Part shown: positions 40,083 through 50,934 of the stretch, piece after piece
Layout of the letters: each line of letters starts with the position of its first letter
How positions within the stretch are numbered: the stretch's first letter is position 1
NCBI GenBank assembly: GCA_963770935.1
Contig: CAVYRJ010000010.1
Location: 1 to 55,619, forward strand
Direction: 5' to 3'
DNA length: 55,619 nt
Origin: Candidatus Bathyarchaeota archaeon
GTDB lineage: Archaea > Thermoproteota > Bathyarchaeia > Bathyarchaeales > Bathycorpusculaceae
The notes under the pieces: model-generated
Told to the model about the DNA's origin: nothing
Databases searched by the model: none
Seen by the model: the letters and a program-made list of their open reading frames with translations, nothing else
Program-made: the position numbers and the translations under genes

Positions 40083-40985
40083 TTAAGTTAAAACTTCACA
40101 ACCCTCATCTTTTATTAACACAGTATGCTCGGCTTGAGCAACAGGTTTTTTGCTTACCTCAACAAAAACAGGATAGCCCATAATCGCTTTTAAGGTGAAC
40201 AGTTCTTTGAAGGCGGCTTTATGCTGATCTTGGGATACAACTCCGTTTAGCCAGCGTTCAGCAAACGGCAAAGTTCTGAAGTTTGTTTCGATGTGTTTGA
40301 GCATTTTTTTTGCCGCGTCAGTTTTTGTAGATTTGGCTTTCAGTAACCGATAAATTGTTACTTGCGGGCTGTCATCTACTCTTCCAACTGCGTCAGGCAC
40401 TGTAACGAACGGTTCTATTGCGTACACTTCGCCGGTTCGAACTTTAGTAAGCGAAACCTGTGAAACGTTAGGAATGGATGTTCCCGCGTGAATAAGGTAG
40501 CGTCCAACTGAGTGCCCTGTAAGGTTACTAATGGGTCTAAAACCGCGGTTTTTAATGCTTGTCTCGATTAAACTTCCGATTTTCCCCAGCGCCATATCAC
40601 CGTGAATGTTGTCGATAGCTGTTTTGAGCGCAAGTTCAGCAGTGTTTGCCATACTTCGTCCTTCAGGATTAAAAGCAGCAGTAAAAGCGGTATCAGTGAC
40701 ATAGCCATCAACATGAACGCCAATGTCAACTTTCACAGTGGAACCTTCAGGAACTCGTAATATGTCTCTTGGTGGCGAAGTGTAGTGTGCTGCAACTTCG
40801 TTGATGCTGACGTTGCAGGGAAATGCAGGCTTGCCACCTTTTTGACGGATGAGGCCTTCGGCTTTCTCGCAGACATCGATGATAAGCATGTTTTCCTTAA
40901 CGAATCCGCGCATTTCTTCCCGGGTTTCGCGTAGAATTTTTCCTGATAGTCGAAATTTTTGGAGTTCCTCTTTGTCGTAAGGCAT
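40083..40985 (-). CDS. map: Type II methionine aminopeptidase
   Basis: AFPCNVS.NEVAAHY, DIGVHVDGY..DTA, NLTGH, AIEPF, AQAEHT. Confidence 0.95.
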   Translation of the reverse strand: MPYDKEELQKFRLSGKILRETREEMRGFVKENMLIIDVCEKAEGLIRQKGGKPAFPCNVSINEVAAHYTSPPRDILRVPEGSTVKVDIGVHVDGYVTDTAFTAAFNPEGRSMANTAELALKTAIDNIHGDMALGKIGSLIETSIKNRGFRPISNLTGHSVGRYLIHAGTSIPNVSQVSLTKVRTGEVYAIEPFVTVPDAVGRVDDSPQVTIYRLLKAKSTKTDAAKKMLKHIETNFRTLPFAERWLNGVVSQDQHKAAFKELFTLKAIMGYPVFVEVSKKPVAQAEHTVLIKDEGCEVLT

Positions 40986-41157
40986 AGAAGATCACTGCTT
41001 TTTAAAATTGGATTATGCGTTGGATGCTTAAATGCATAACCACCCAACGCTCGGAAAAAAAACTATAGTTGGCTTAACTTTTTCAACGATGAGAAATGTT
41101 ATAACAGAATACAAGACACTGTCCATAATTAAGATTGAGTTTGACTTTAAAAAAGTG

Positions 41158-41265
41158 CTATTTGGTTTTTGGTTTTTCTTCGGTGACTTCTTTGAATGTT
41201 ACGGTGGTTTCTGTCGGTATTGTTTTTTGTGTTATCGTGTATTTTTTGTTCTTTTTGTTTGTCAT
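41158..41265 (-). CDS. Possible 35-aa Lys/Thr-rich microprotein
   Basis: ATG-initiated MTNKKNKKYTITQKTIPTETTVTFKEVTEEKPKTK; no family recognised. Confidence 0.3.
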   Translation of the reverse strand: MTNKKNKKYTITQKTIPTETTVTFKEVTEEKPKTK

Positions 41266-41375
41266 GAGCAACCTTAGATTGGATTAATGCTTTATAAGTT
41301 GCGTTTACTTTGCAGCTGTTCTTCCATCTCTTTGTTGCTTGAATTATTCTATAATGGCAGTGGAAGTTTGCTTTT

Positions 41376-41930
41376 TTAGGATTTGTAGAGTTTAGGATCA
41401 AGAAGTGCGAAATTATTTCCGCCTGCATGGTAAAGCATGCGGGCACGTTTGAGGTCGTAGCCTGCTTCAGTGAAGATGCCTGTGTCTGCGTAGGCTTCGA
41501 GGATTTTGCCGACGAAAATGGTGTGATCGCCTGTGGAGAGTTGTCCGTCGACTTCGCATTCGAGGTGGGCTACGCATTCGCGAATTGCTGGAGCCTTTAC
41601 TTTTTTGCCCGGAATTTGGGTTAGGTTGGCTTTTTTGAACTTGTCGAAGCTTCTGCCTGTAAGTGAGCCGCATGAATAAACTGCTTGCAGCACCTCCATT
41701 GTGGGGATATTGACTATGAACTCGCCTGACTCTTCGATTAGGGTGTGGGAATGTCGTCCGGGTGCGAGGCTGATGGCTAAAAGCGGAGGGTTGATTGAGG
41801 TTGGCATTGCCCATGCGACTGTGGTAACGTTTGGTTTGCCTGCCCTTCCCACTGCAGAAACGAGGACTGTGTGCATGGGATGGAGTAGCCTGTACGCTGA
41901 GGTTAAGTTGATGGTTGTTTTAGAGGACAT
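41376..41930 (-). CDS. Flavin reductase-like (DIM6/NTAB, flavoredoxin) protein
   Basis: AWAMP.S.NPP, GEFIVNIP, HLECEV, GDHTIFVG. Confidence 0.88.
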   Translation of the reverse strand: MSSKTTINLTSAYRLLHPMHTVLVSAVGRAGKPNVTTVAWAMPTSINPPLLAISLAPGRHSHTLIEESGEFIVNIPTMEVLQAVYSCGSLTGRSFDKFKKANLTQIPGKKVKAPAIRECVAHLECEVDGQLSTGDHTIFVGKILEAYADTGIFTEAGYDLKRARMLYHAGGNNFALLDPKLYKS

Positions 41931-42181
41931 TTTATCACCTGTTGTAGAATTGCGAAGGTGGGGTCCCTTATTTGCTTTCGTGTTTGGGCGTAGTAAATCG
42001 TAATATTTAGAAGTTTAATTAAAATTTGCTACCCTTACTCCAACGGTTTGCTTTTTTAATTTAATGCTTTCTTCTCTAGCTTGTGGCTTTTGGGGTTGTT
42101 TTAGCATCTGGAGATATATGTGCATGTTAGCAACAGTTATGTCGTAACAGTTAATACTTTTAACAATAGAGGAAAAACAAC

Positions 42182-42415
42182 ATGTCTGGACACGTAGAAA
42201 TATTTGAAAATGAAGAAGCATCCAAATTGCTAGATTACTTTGTCGCTTACAAAAAACTGATGAGCAAAGTTGAATACATAAAATGTATCTCTGCCTTAAA
42301 CAGCGAAGTACACTTCTGCGAAAAACAACCCTCAACAGAAAACATTACGCTAACACAAATTAGCGAAAATCAACCAACTATAGGTTTGCCAGAGGATTTG
42401 ATGGCTAAACCTTAA
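42182..42415 (+). CDS. Small hypothetical protein
   Basis: GAGGA ribosome-binding site and ATG; 77 aa. Confidence 0.55.
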   Translation: MSGHVEIFENEEASKLLDYFVAYKKLMSKVEYIKCISALNSEVHFCEKQPSTENITLTQISENQPTIGLPEDLMAKP

Positions 42416-42439
42416 TTTTCTTTTTTTAGAAAATCTCTT

Positions 42440-43210
42440 TTATATGAAAAGACCGGCTATTTTTTGAAGCGGTGATTCCTTTGTTTGTGCAAGATGGGGA
42501 TTACGTAAATCTATGACGGTTGTTCCTGCGAACTTGTCAAAGTACCTCATGAAAGCGCTGTTCTTTATTCGCCAACCCATAAGCAAGTCGAAGGGCAACA
42601 GGGGTAAGACTTTACCGAAGTTCCGGATTGCGGCGTGATCATAAGACATTTTCTTTCCATCCGTCCTGACAACTTTAAGACCTAAAATGCGCTTACCTAT
42701 GCTTTGACCATTAAAACCCTCTAGCAAAGTGGAGTAGAGCCAAAGAAGACCCACGGTGATAAAAATTACGGTACTAATGCTTGTGCCAAAGAAGTCTGTT
42801 GAGGAGAGTGCGGCCAATTCGGGGAGGTAGATGATTGCCGTGGTGATGGCTAAAATTAAGGCAAAATCAATGAGGAACGCGAAAGCTCTGTTTTTGAATG
42901 ATGCAAACGAAAGTGAACTTGCCTTTCCTTGTACGTCTGCGACCTCTGCCCAGCTCTCAACGTCATGGATAACGCGGACTGCGTCTTCGCCTGCCCTGCT
43001 GAGTTTGTATTTTCCGCTTGGGGTTTGTTCAATAAAGGGTGCGAGGGAGCGAAGGTGGAAGCTAAGCTTTCCAGTATCAACCTTTAGCAAATTCAGCAAA
43101 TCTGTGAAAGATGACTCGCCTTTATTGCTGAGGTTTAACAGTATTTCCCTTCGTATTGGATGCGAAAGGACTGAGAGTATCTTTGAGACGTTTCCTTGAT
43201 CTATTGCCAT
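42440..43210 (-). CDS. ArsR-like wHTH fused to an RDD membrane domain
   Basis: LSHPIRREIL...SFTDL...GKLSFHL; R..AFLID, GQSIGK..LGLKVV, D..AGT.V. Confidence 0.85.
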   Translation of the reverse strand: MAIDQGNVSKILSVLSHPIRREILLNLSNKGESSFTDLLNLLKVDTGKLSFHLRSLAPFIEQTPSGKYKLSRAGEDAVRVIHDVESWAEVADVQGKASSLSFASFKNRAFAFLIDFALILAITTAIIYLPELAALSSTDFFGTSISTVIFITVGLLWLYSTLLEGFNGQSIGKRILGLKVVRTDGKKMSYDHAAIRNFGKVLPLLPFDLLMGWRIKNSAFMRYFDKFAGTTVIDLRNPHLAQTKESPLQKIAGLFI

Positions 43211-43360
43211 GTTGCAAAACCATGAGTGTACTGTTTAACGAGGACAGTTGTAGCATACAGTCCATACAGTCTCCTTTCTCCAATATAAGTCACTCTCAAA
43301 AAACCTGAACAAGAAATACCTAGTTTTAATAGCTCCAAAAACACCCTATTAGACAATTGT

Positions 43361-44261
43361 ATGTCAAGCGCTGAAGTAGCAGTTCAAGTATTCAAAGAAT
43401 TAGAGGTTGAAGACTTCAGAATACTCAATGTCATCGAAGCAGGAATGAGTAAACACGAATTTGTTCCCATAGAACAAATCCAAAAATACGCCAGACTCCC
43501 CATGGACCGCATAGACTTCATATTAGGCAAACTAAACAAGCTAGGCTTAACCTACCGAACAAAAGAAACCTACAATGGACACACCCTGAATTATGTGGGG
43601 TACGACTGCCTAGCCATAAACGCTCTTGTTAAAGCAGGAGTAATCGAATCGTTTGGGCAAAGCCTTGGAGTTGGAAAAGAAGCTGATGTCTACGACGCGT
43701 TAAGTTCATCGGGCAAACGCATAGCCGTAAAATTTCATAGGTTAGGCAGGATTAGTTTTAGGCAGACAAGACGCAAAAGAGGCTATACACGGGAACATTC
43801 AACATGGCTTTTTCAATCCCATTTGGCGGCTGAACGCGAGTTTCAAGCCATGAAGCTGGTTTACGAAAACGGTGTTGCTGTGCCTGAACCCATAAGTCAA
43901 AATCGCCATGTTGTAGCTATGGGAATGATTGAAGGTGCACAACTTTCTAAATACAGAGACATCGGCAAACCTGAAAAGGTTCTAAAAGAAATTCTTAGAA
44001 ACCTACGAAAGGCATACCTCAAAGCACACTTGATTCACTCCGACGTCAGCGAATACAACATCATCCTAAAACCTGACGGTCAGATTCTTCATTATCGATT
44101 GGCCCCAAGCCGTAAAAACCGACCACGCAAACGCGGCGGATCTGCTTGAGCGAGATATTAAAAATGTGCTGATTTTTTTCAGCCGCAAATTCAACGTGAA
44201 GTTAGCTGCTAAAGAAGCCGCAGATTATGTTACTGGAAAAGTAAGAAACTTTAAGGTTTAG
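43361..44261 (+). CDS. rio2: RIO2 serine kinase (frameshift near 44090)
   Basis: GYDCLA, GVGKEADVY, KFHRLGRISF, HSDVSEYNI, IDWPQ. Confidence 0.92.
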
Positions 44262-44500
44262 TGCTTGTTTGCGTCCATAACTATGTAGAGAATGTTGTTT
44301 CCGCGAAGCAGCACATTGCCGTAGTTGGTCATTAGTTGGTCGTCTTTGAATTCTGTGGCGCCTTCCAAGAGAATGTTCATGTGTCCATCGCACTTTATCA
44401 TTTTTCCCTTGTATTCGTAGCCGTTTTTCAGAACAACTTCAATGTTGCCATGCAACTGTTTGATTAGTACATTCAACGGTTTTTTACTTGGTTCCATCAT
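44258..44500 (-). CDS. Sm-like (Lsm) protein
   Basis: V.LKNG.EY.G....D.HMN..L..A.E, LLRGNNILYI. Confidence 0.9.
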   Translation of the reverse strand: MMEPSKKPLNVLIKQLHGNIEVVLKNGYEYKGKMIKCDGHMNILLEGATEFKDDQLMTNYGNVLLRGNNILYIVMDANKH

Positions 44501-44710
44501 CGTCAATTTAGAGTCACTGTCCATTCCTGTTAATATGCAAGAACCCCATACCAAATATAAAAGTCTTATGAAAGAGCCTAACCCATAATAAACAAAAAAT
44601 TGTTTTAAGAAAGCAAAAAAGGGTTTATATGAGAAAAATAACCGGGAAACTTGGCTTTATTGAACTCACCTTGCTGCTAAGAAAGAAGAGGCAAGTTAGA
44701 ACACGCGAAA

Positions 44711-44953
44711 TTACAGCTTTGACAATATTGACAGCGCCGCAACAACTAGGAAAGCTATGCCTGTCCAGAATAAATCTCCAGTTAAGAAATACACTACGAT
44801 AGCTACGAGGATTGCAGGAATCAGCACAAGAAATAGTTTGATGAGGATTATGATTATTAGACCAATTATGACCAAGATGACGAGCGCGGTTAGGTCAAGC
44901 CCCAAACTGCCCAGAATTGAAAGAACAATTGTTAAAAGAATTGTATTATCCAA
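44711..44953 (-). CDS. Small hydrophobic membrane protein
   Basis: GAGGA ribosome-binding site and TTG; about 3 TM. Confidence 0.65.
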   Translation of the reverse strand: MDNTILLTIVLSILGSLGLDLTALVILVIIGLIIIILIKLFLVLIPAILVAIVVYFLTGDLFWTGIAFLVVAALSILSKL

Positions 44954-45035
44954 AAATATTCCTCAAATAAACTCTGCAATCCCTCAGTTATATGTATTTT
45001 GCATCGGCGCCGAGGCGACTTACACAAAAGTGTCA

Positions 45036-45548
45036 CTACACTTCTGTTTTAGCTTTAATCTTTGGAATAATCTCTTTTTGTGTCTGGATAACGCCAAAGG
45101 TGGTTATTTTGAATCGGTCGTCAACAGCTTTAGTCGCTAATTCGTTTTTTACTAGTTCACCCAATCTTGTGCTGGTTATTTTGCCGCTTTTCCCAAGTTT
45201 AGTTTGCAACTCATCTTTTGAAAGAGAATCACTGCCAACTAAGCCAAGTTTAAATCCCAAATAATATGCCGTAAGCCATGCAAGCAATGCTTCATTATCC
45301 GTTAACTTATTTTTAGGCACAAGCAAACTTGCACCGTCACATGAAAAAGCCACTACACCCTTTAGGTCTTTAGCAAGCTTCTGTACGTCAATATTGAGCC
45401 AAAGTTTTTGGGCGATTTCAAAAGAAGGAATAAGCTCTTTGAAGAACTGGTTCAAAAGTAGCCATGCTTCTTGGGGATCTGCGAAAAACTGCTGCTCAAC
45501 ACCGTTGTATTTTAATTGAACACAAATTTTTTCGGGTTTAGCGCTCAC
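45036..45548 (-). CDS. Hypothetical protein with a C-terminal wHTH-like region
   Basis: LTDNEAL...RLGELVK...FKITTFG; resembles the neighbouring ORF. Confidence 0.75.
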   Translation of the reverse strand: MSAKPEKICVQLKYNGVEQQFFADPQEAWLLLNQFFKELIPSFEIAQKLWLNIDVQKLAKDLKGVVAFSCDGASLLVPKNKLTDNEALLAWLTAYYLGFKLGLVGSDSLSKDELQTKLGKSGKITSTRLGELVKNELATKAVDDRFKITTFGVIQTQKEIIPKIKAKTEV

Positions 45549-46017
45549 TCATCTTTCCTCGAAGCTTGGAGAGAACGTCATCTTCTACCCATTTTTCACC
45601 CTGAATTGTCAGTTTGAACTCAGGTTTGTTGGGGTCTGGTTTGAAGACTTGGCCACGTTTAGTCATCTCATTGAGCCGAGCCGGCACCATGCTTTTGATT
45701 CCGCTGGATTCTAAAAGCTTTTGAATCATTGCTGCAGTGTTTTTGCGCTCTTCCGAAGCATAGAGTACCAAGCCGACTGCTTCGTAGTGGGTGAGGTTTT
45801 CGCGTGTAACTATGACTGGGCCTTCAGTTGTAGGCTCGATGATGCCTTTTAGTTGAGCGCCTGAAGGGGTTAACCTGTTTGAAACAAAGTCGGAGAGTTT
45901 CTCAACAAAATTTTCCGGAATAGTTTCCAACATGTTCATTATGTCTTGCGGGCTTTCGCCTTCAATTACGACTTCTCCGAATGAAGTTTTTATACGAGCT
46001 TCAATGCGTTTCATAGG
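45538..46017 (-). CDS. Hypothetical protein with a C-terminal wHTH-like region
   Basis: LTHYEAV...RLNEMTK...FKLTIQG; GGAGG ribosome-binding site. Confidence 0.75.
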   Translation of the reverse strand, partial: PMKRIEARIKTSFGEVVIEGESPQDIMNMLETIPENFVEKLSDFVSNRLTPSGAQLKGIIEPTTEGPVIVTRENLTHYEAVGLVLYASEERKNTAAMIQKLLESSGIKSMVPARLNEMTKRGQVFKPDPNKPEFKLTIQGEKWVEDDVLSKLRGKMSER

Positions 46018-46095
46018 CATACCTCCAATTAATTGCAATACTCTGTGAAGCCATTTAGGATTTGTGATTAATAGCTTCTTTTAACATGAAAAACG

Positions 46096-47991
46096 CTATT
46101 TCAAACGTTCACGCAAAAGTTTGCTTACCAATTCAGGATTGGCTTTTCCGCGGACCTCTTTCATTGTGGCTCCCATGAGCATCCCGAAAGCGTTCTTACC
46201 CAACTTGTCAACTGATGCCTTGTTTGATGCGATTACGCGGTCAACAATTGGCGATAGTTCTGTTTCGGTGAACATTTTCAGTCCTAACGCATCAACAGCG
46301 TTCTGAACGTTTTTGTCATCGTTTTTAGAGAGCCAACTGAAAACTTCTGCGATTGCTTCTTTTGCGAGCTCACCCTGACCGACTGCTTTGAAGATGCTTT
46401 TGATTTGGTCATCTCCAACACTGTCTAATTGAATGCCTTCGCGTTTCAATGCTTTAAGCGTTTCAGTCAAAAATGCCGCCACCGTTGAAGCTGCGACTCC
46501 GCTTCCTTTGACGATCAGCTCAAAGAGGTTGTTGTATTCTGAGTCAACCAGTTGCTTTCCCAACTTCTCGTTCAAACCGTATTGCTTAGTCAAACGTGCA
46601 AGCTTCTTCTCTGCAGGCTCAGGCAAATTCGCTTGAACTTTTTGTACAAGTTCTTCAGTTATCATCTGGGGTGGAATATCGGTTTCCGGATACATTCTAG
46701 CGGCACCCGGGCGTGGGCGCATGTAACGGGTTGTCCCATCATCCTTAGCCGTTCGGGTTTCGGCTGGGACGCAACTTGTTGCTTCTTGGGCACGTTCCAC
46801 AACCGCCTTTAGGGCATCGTAAACATTTTCTGCAGTATCAGCAACAAAAACCACACCGTCAACATCTGTTGCACCAACTGTTTTGCGCAAGGCTTCAACT
46901 TCTTCAGGAGTTATACCGTAATTGGGCATTTCGTCAGTGTGGAATATTCCGCCAACTCTGCCCCAGAACTTTGCGCGGTCAGAAAGCTCAGTTCCTAAAC
47001 GGAAGTTCGGCATCAATTCGCGCCCAAGCAACTCGGCAAATCCCGCCAATTTGACAGCTAAAACTTTCTGGTTCTTGTCGACTGCTTTGCGGATGACTTT
47101 GCTTTTCGTTTCCTTAAAGGTGCCTGTGACATCAACGAAGTCTGGTTTGATTGATTGTGCAGTTACGCCGCGTTTGGTAAGTTCCTCTTTGATGCTGATT
47201 AATCCAACTTGCCGTTGAACTTCGTATTCAACCACTGTGGAGATAAGTTCAAGTTCCTGAACACCCTTAATCTCGATCAGTGCGCCGTTTGGTAGAGAAA
47301 CGTTAAGGTCTTGTCGAATTGTGCCCAATCCTCTCATGACTTTGCCTGTATCACGTAGAATTCTACCGATGGCAAACGCAACTTCCTGGGCTTCCTTGGG
47401 CGAATAAATCACTGGTGCCGTTGCAACTTCGATAAGCGGAATTCCTAAACGGTCAATGCGGTAACGAATGGTTTTGCCTTCGTCTTGCGTGCCAGTTTTA
47501 CGTGCAGCATCCTCTTCTAAACTTGAAGCCTGCATGGGAATGATTTTTTCGTTGACTTTTATCCAACCGTCCAAGCCGATTATGCATGTCCGCTGAAAAC
47601 CGGTGGTGTTTGAGCCGTCGATGACGGTTTTGCGCATCACGTGCACTTCGTCAACGGGCTGCATATTCATCATTAAAGAAGCTGTTAAGACCACTTCAAC
47701 TGCATCCAAGTTGATGGGGTGGGGTGGTTCCTCATCCATTTCAACGAGGCACGAGCTTTTTTGGCTGGCTTCATAGAGGATTTTTACACCTTTTTGGAAT
47801 TCGAAATATGCTGCGGGATCAATCTGTCCTAGTTCACTCTGGGTTGGGCGTAGTCTGCGTAGAAAAGTAATTTCTGGGTCTTCCTTGAACAGTTCCGGTG
47901 GGCAACTGCAAAAGAGTTTGCTGTTAACGTCTAATTGCTGGTGGATTTCTAAACCGACTTTTAAGCCTACTTTTGTATAATCAAGGGTCAT
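46096..47991 (-). CDS. gatE: Glu-tRNA(Gln) amidotransferase subunit E
   Basis: GLEIHQQL, DGSNTTGFQRT, LEEDAARK, RGLGTIRQD, PGAARMYPETD. Confidence 0.97.
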   Translation of the reverse strand: MTLDYTKVGLKVGLEIHQQLDVNSKLFCSCPPELFKEDPEITFLRRLRPTQSELGQIDPAAYFEFQKGVKILYEASQKSSCLVEMDEEPPHPINLDAVEVVLTASLMMNMQPVDEVHVMRKTVIDGSNTTGFQRTCIIGLDGWIKVNEKIIPMQASSLEEDAARKTGTQDEGKTIRYRIDRLGIPLIEVATAPVIYSPKEAQEVAFAIGRILRDTGKVMRGLGTIRQDLNVSLPNGALIEIKGVQELELISTVVEYEVQRQVGLISIKEELTKRGVTAQSIKPDFVDVTGTFKETKSKVIRKAVDKNQKVLAVKLAGFAELLGRELMPNFRLGTELSDRAKFWGRVGGIFHTDEMPNYGITPEEVEALRKTVGATDVDGVVFVADTAENVYDALKAVVERAQEATSCVPAETRTAKDDGTTRYMRPRPGAARMYPETDIPPQMITEELVQKVQANLPEPAEKKLARLTKQYGLNEKLGKQLVDSEYNNLFELIVKGSGVAASTVAAFLTETLKALKREGIQLDSVGDDQIKSIFKAVGQGELAKEAIAEVFSWLSKNDDKNVQNAVDALGLKMFTETELSPIVDRVIASNKASVDKLGKNAFGMLMGATMKEVRGKANPELVSKLLRERLK

Positions 47992-49340
47992 TGCGGTTGT
48001 CCTCCTTTGACGATTTTTTCTTGCGGAAGCGTTCGCGATGAAAATTCGCCTGCAATGTTAATTTGCAGAAGCTCCTTTGCCTCTTCTACATCTTCCGTTT
48101 GACCGAGAACCCACATAAGCTTAACAAGCCCAGTTTCAGGGAACATATCGCTAAGCGGCACAACACCAAACGACAGCAAATCCCGACCTGTATCATAGAC
48201 GTTCATGTTTACTCTTCCCCAGATACATTGCGAAGCCAAAGCAACTATCACACCCTTCGCTACCGCGTTTTTGATAGCACCAAAGCAGAATTTGCTAACA
48301 TGTCCAAGTCCTGAACCCTCTAGGAGAATCCCCTTGATCCCCTTCTCAACGTAGAAGTCGATTATTGCTGGGTCAAGTCCAGGATAGAATTTTACAAGCG
48401 CAACTTTTTCGCTAAAATTGGGTTTGAGAACCAGCTTTTTCTTTGTGTCTCGGCGTTGATACTGGTCGGTTTGCATGGTAACTTGGAGGTCTTTGACTTT
48501 GGCTATGGGGATGCCGTTGATTGATTTGAAGGTGTCTCGGCGGCTTGTGTGGCACTTTCGAACTTTTGTACCTCTATGCACCACGGTGGCGATATCGGAG
48601 ACGGTTTCATGCATTGCCAGGCCAACTTCGGCAAACGGTGCTTCTCCCGCAGCTTTCACAGCACCAATCAGATTTGTGGCTGCGTCGCTGCTTGGGCGGT
48701 CAGAAGAACGCTGAGCACCAACAAGTATTACCGGAACAGGCAAGTTCTGCAGGGCGAAACTCAAAGCGGCTGAAGTATAAGCCATAGTGTCTGTTCCATG
48801 AGCAATCACTACTCCATCAACCCCCTGCTCAATGCGTTTAGCTACGGTTTCTGCAAGTTCTGTCCAATGTTTCTGGGTGATGTTTTCGCTGTATAAGCTA
48901 AAGACAATTTCTGTGTCAACGCGAGCTACGTCCGCGAGTTCTGGAACAACGCCGTAGAGGTCACTGGCTGAAATTGCTGAACGCACGGCTCCTGTTCGGT
49001 AATCTACTCGACTAGCGATTGTTCCTCCTGTACTCATGATGACGACATAGGGTAGGGTTGGGTTTTGTTTAGGGATGGGGGGTGATGCAAATGTTGGTTT
49101 GCTGCCTTTGCCGATTTTCTCTATTTTGGTGTCATTTGTTACTTTGATGCCGACGTTGTAGCCACTTTTCATTTTAACGATGACAATTGTGCCTTCGCCC
49201 AGCTCGGAGCGGGGAATCAGAATACCTTCGTAAACCTTCCCCTTGCAGGTAACCTTGACGATGTCGCCGATGCCGCATTCTGCTTGTTTTAGCAGGCGCA
49301 ACGCTTCGCCCTTGTAACCTGAATCTTCAATTTGGTTCAA
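47988..49340 (-). CDS. gatD: Glu-tRNA(Gln) amidotransferase subunit D
   Basis: TGGTIASRVDYRTG, HGTDTM, QRSSDRPSSD. Confidence 0.97.
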   Translation of the reverse strand: MNQIEDSGYKGEALRLLKQAECGIGDIVKVTCKGKVYEGILIPRSELGEGTIVIVKMKSGYNVGIKVTNDTKIEKIGKGSKPTFASPPIPKQNPTLPYVVIMSTGGTIASRVDYRTGAVRSAISASDLYGVVPELADVARVDTEIVFSLYSENITQKHWTELAETVAKRIEQGVDGVVIAHGTDTMAYTSAALSFALQNLPVPVILVGAQRSSDRPSSDAATNLIGAVKAAGEAPFAEVGLAMHETVSDIATVVHRGTKVRKCHTSRRDTFKSINGIPIAKVKDLQVTMQTDQYQRRDTKKKLVLKPNFSEKVALVKFYPGLDPAIIDFYVEKGIKGILLEGSGLGHVSKFCFGAIKNAVAKGVIVALASQCIWGRVNMNVYDTGRDLLSFGVVPLSDMFPETGLVKLMWVLGQTEDVEEAKELLQINIAGEFSSRTLPQEKIVKGGQPQ

Positions 49341-49342
49341 TC

Positions 49343-50934
49343 TTAGTTCAACCTCTTTGAAACGTAAACTCCATCGCGCTCATACCCGAATCGCATGTAA
49401 TACCTTCTTGTTCCTAACGCACTGATAACTAAAAGCTTTTTCAACCCCAACTCCTCACCAGCCAACCGTTCGGCTTCTTTTAAGAGGATTTGTCCATAAC
49501 CCTTATGCTGCCATGCGCCCTCATTGTGTTTTCCAACGGGAACAAGTTGCCCGTAAACGTGAAGTTCCCGCACAATCCCAGATGGCATGGCGGTGATTTC
49601 AGGTCGGTGCGCTTTGGCTGAGGGAACACGCATACGCAAGTAACCCAACAAAACGTTGTTTTCGGGGTCTTCAGCTGAAATGAAAAATTCTTGCCCTTCT
49701 GAGGCTTCATAATGTTGGACTAAGATTTTGATTTTTTCCAAATCAGGATTCACATGGTCAACTGCCAAACGGTGCCCAACTTCGCGGCAGCGTATACATT
49801 GGCACTGGCTGCCCTGAGCTTTTAGTTTAGATTGGACAAGTTCTCGCAAGTCGCTCTTTTTTACTCCTGCCAAAATTAGTCTTGCTGGAATATCCCGCTG
49901 CACGCGCATCACCCTTATCCATGGCGGGATAATTTTTTTGATTTCGGCAATCACGTTTGCTGCTTCTTCGGTGGTATAAGGCTCGTAGGTGCCGTTTTGG
50001 TACCATTCGTAGGCTTTGGTTCCTGCAATTGCTAAGCAGGGATAGATTTTTATCATGTCAGGTTTGAAGGAGGAATCCGAAAAAACCCGCTTGAAGGCAA
50101 TAATGTCTTTTTCTGGGTTGGAACCAGGCATTCCCGGCATAAGATGGTAAACAATTTTTAATCCAGAATCCTTGGCAATTTGCGTAGCTTCCACCACATC
50201 TGCGACAGTGTGGGTTCTACCCACTAAACGGTAGATCTCGTCGTCTGGGTTCTGCACTCCAAGCTCAATGCGCGTTACACCCATACCAAGCATTGCGTCT
50301 ATGTGGGGTTGTTTTGCCCAGTCAGGGCGAGTTTCAACGGTTATGCCGACGTTGCGGGTTTTGCTGACTTCAGCGTTTGACTTTGCCTCTTCCAAACTTG
50401 CGGAGGTTTTGCCTGTTAAGGCGTCTAGGCAACGTTGAATAAACCAGGTTTGATACTCCTTGGGGTCGCGGGGAAGGTTCCGCCCATAACGATTAACTCA
50501 ACCTTATCCACCTTGTGCCCAATCGCTGTGAGCTGGCGGATACGGCTTTGCACCTGCTCATAGGGGTCAAAACTGTTTTGGGATCCACGCAATGCGGCAG
50601 GTTCATATCCTGTGTAGCTTTGTGGTGAGCCCTGTGTTGGTCCACCTGGACAGTAAGCGCATGGCTGAGGTTGAGGACACGGATAAGGCTTAGTCATTAT
50701 GGCAATTACGCTTACTCCGCTGATCGTGCGAGTAGCTTTTCTACGCAGAATCGGTAGGAGCTTTTTTGCTTCATTTGGATTTAATTCGCTAATTAAATCT
50801 GCGTTTGCTGGGACAGCTTGCAAGTGGTACTTTGCAGCAGTTTTAATTTTTAATCGGTTAGCGTCTTCATGTGTTGGAGACGGCATAGATAGTAATGTGG
50901 TGATTATTTCTCTTAGGGCAGCTTGATTAGTCAA
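49343..50934 (-). CDS. elp3: Elp3 radical-SAM tRNA uridine acetyltransferase (frameshift near 50460)
   Basis: CP...CAYCPGG, SYTG.EPA, ETRPD, KIYP, RVQRDIP, C.CIRCREVG, RELHVYG, WQHKGYG. Confidence 0.93.
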
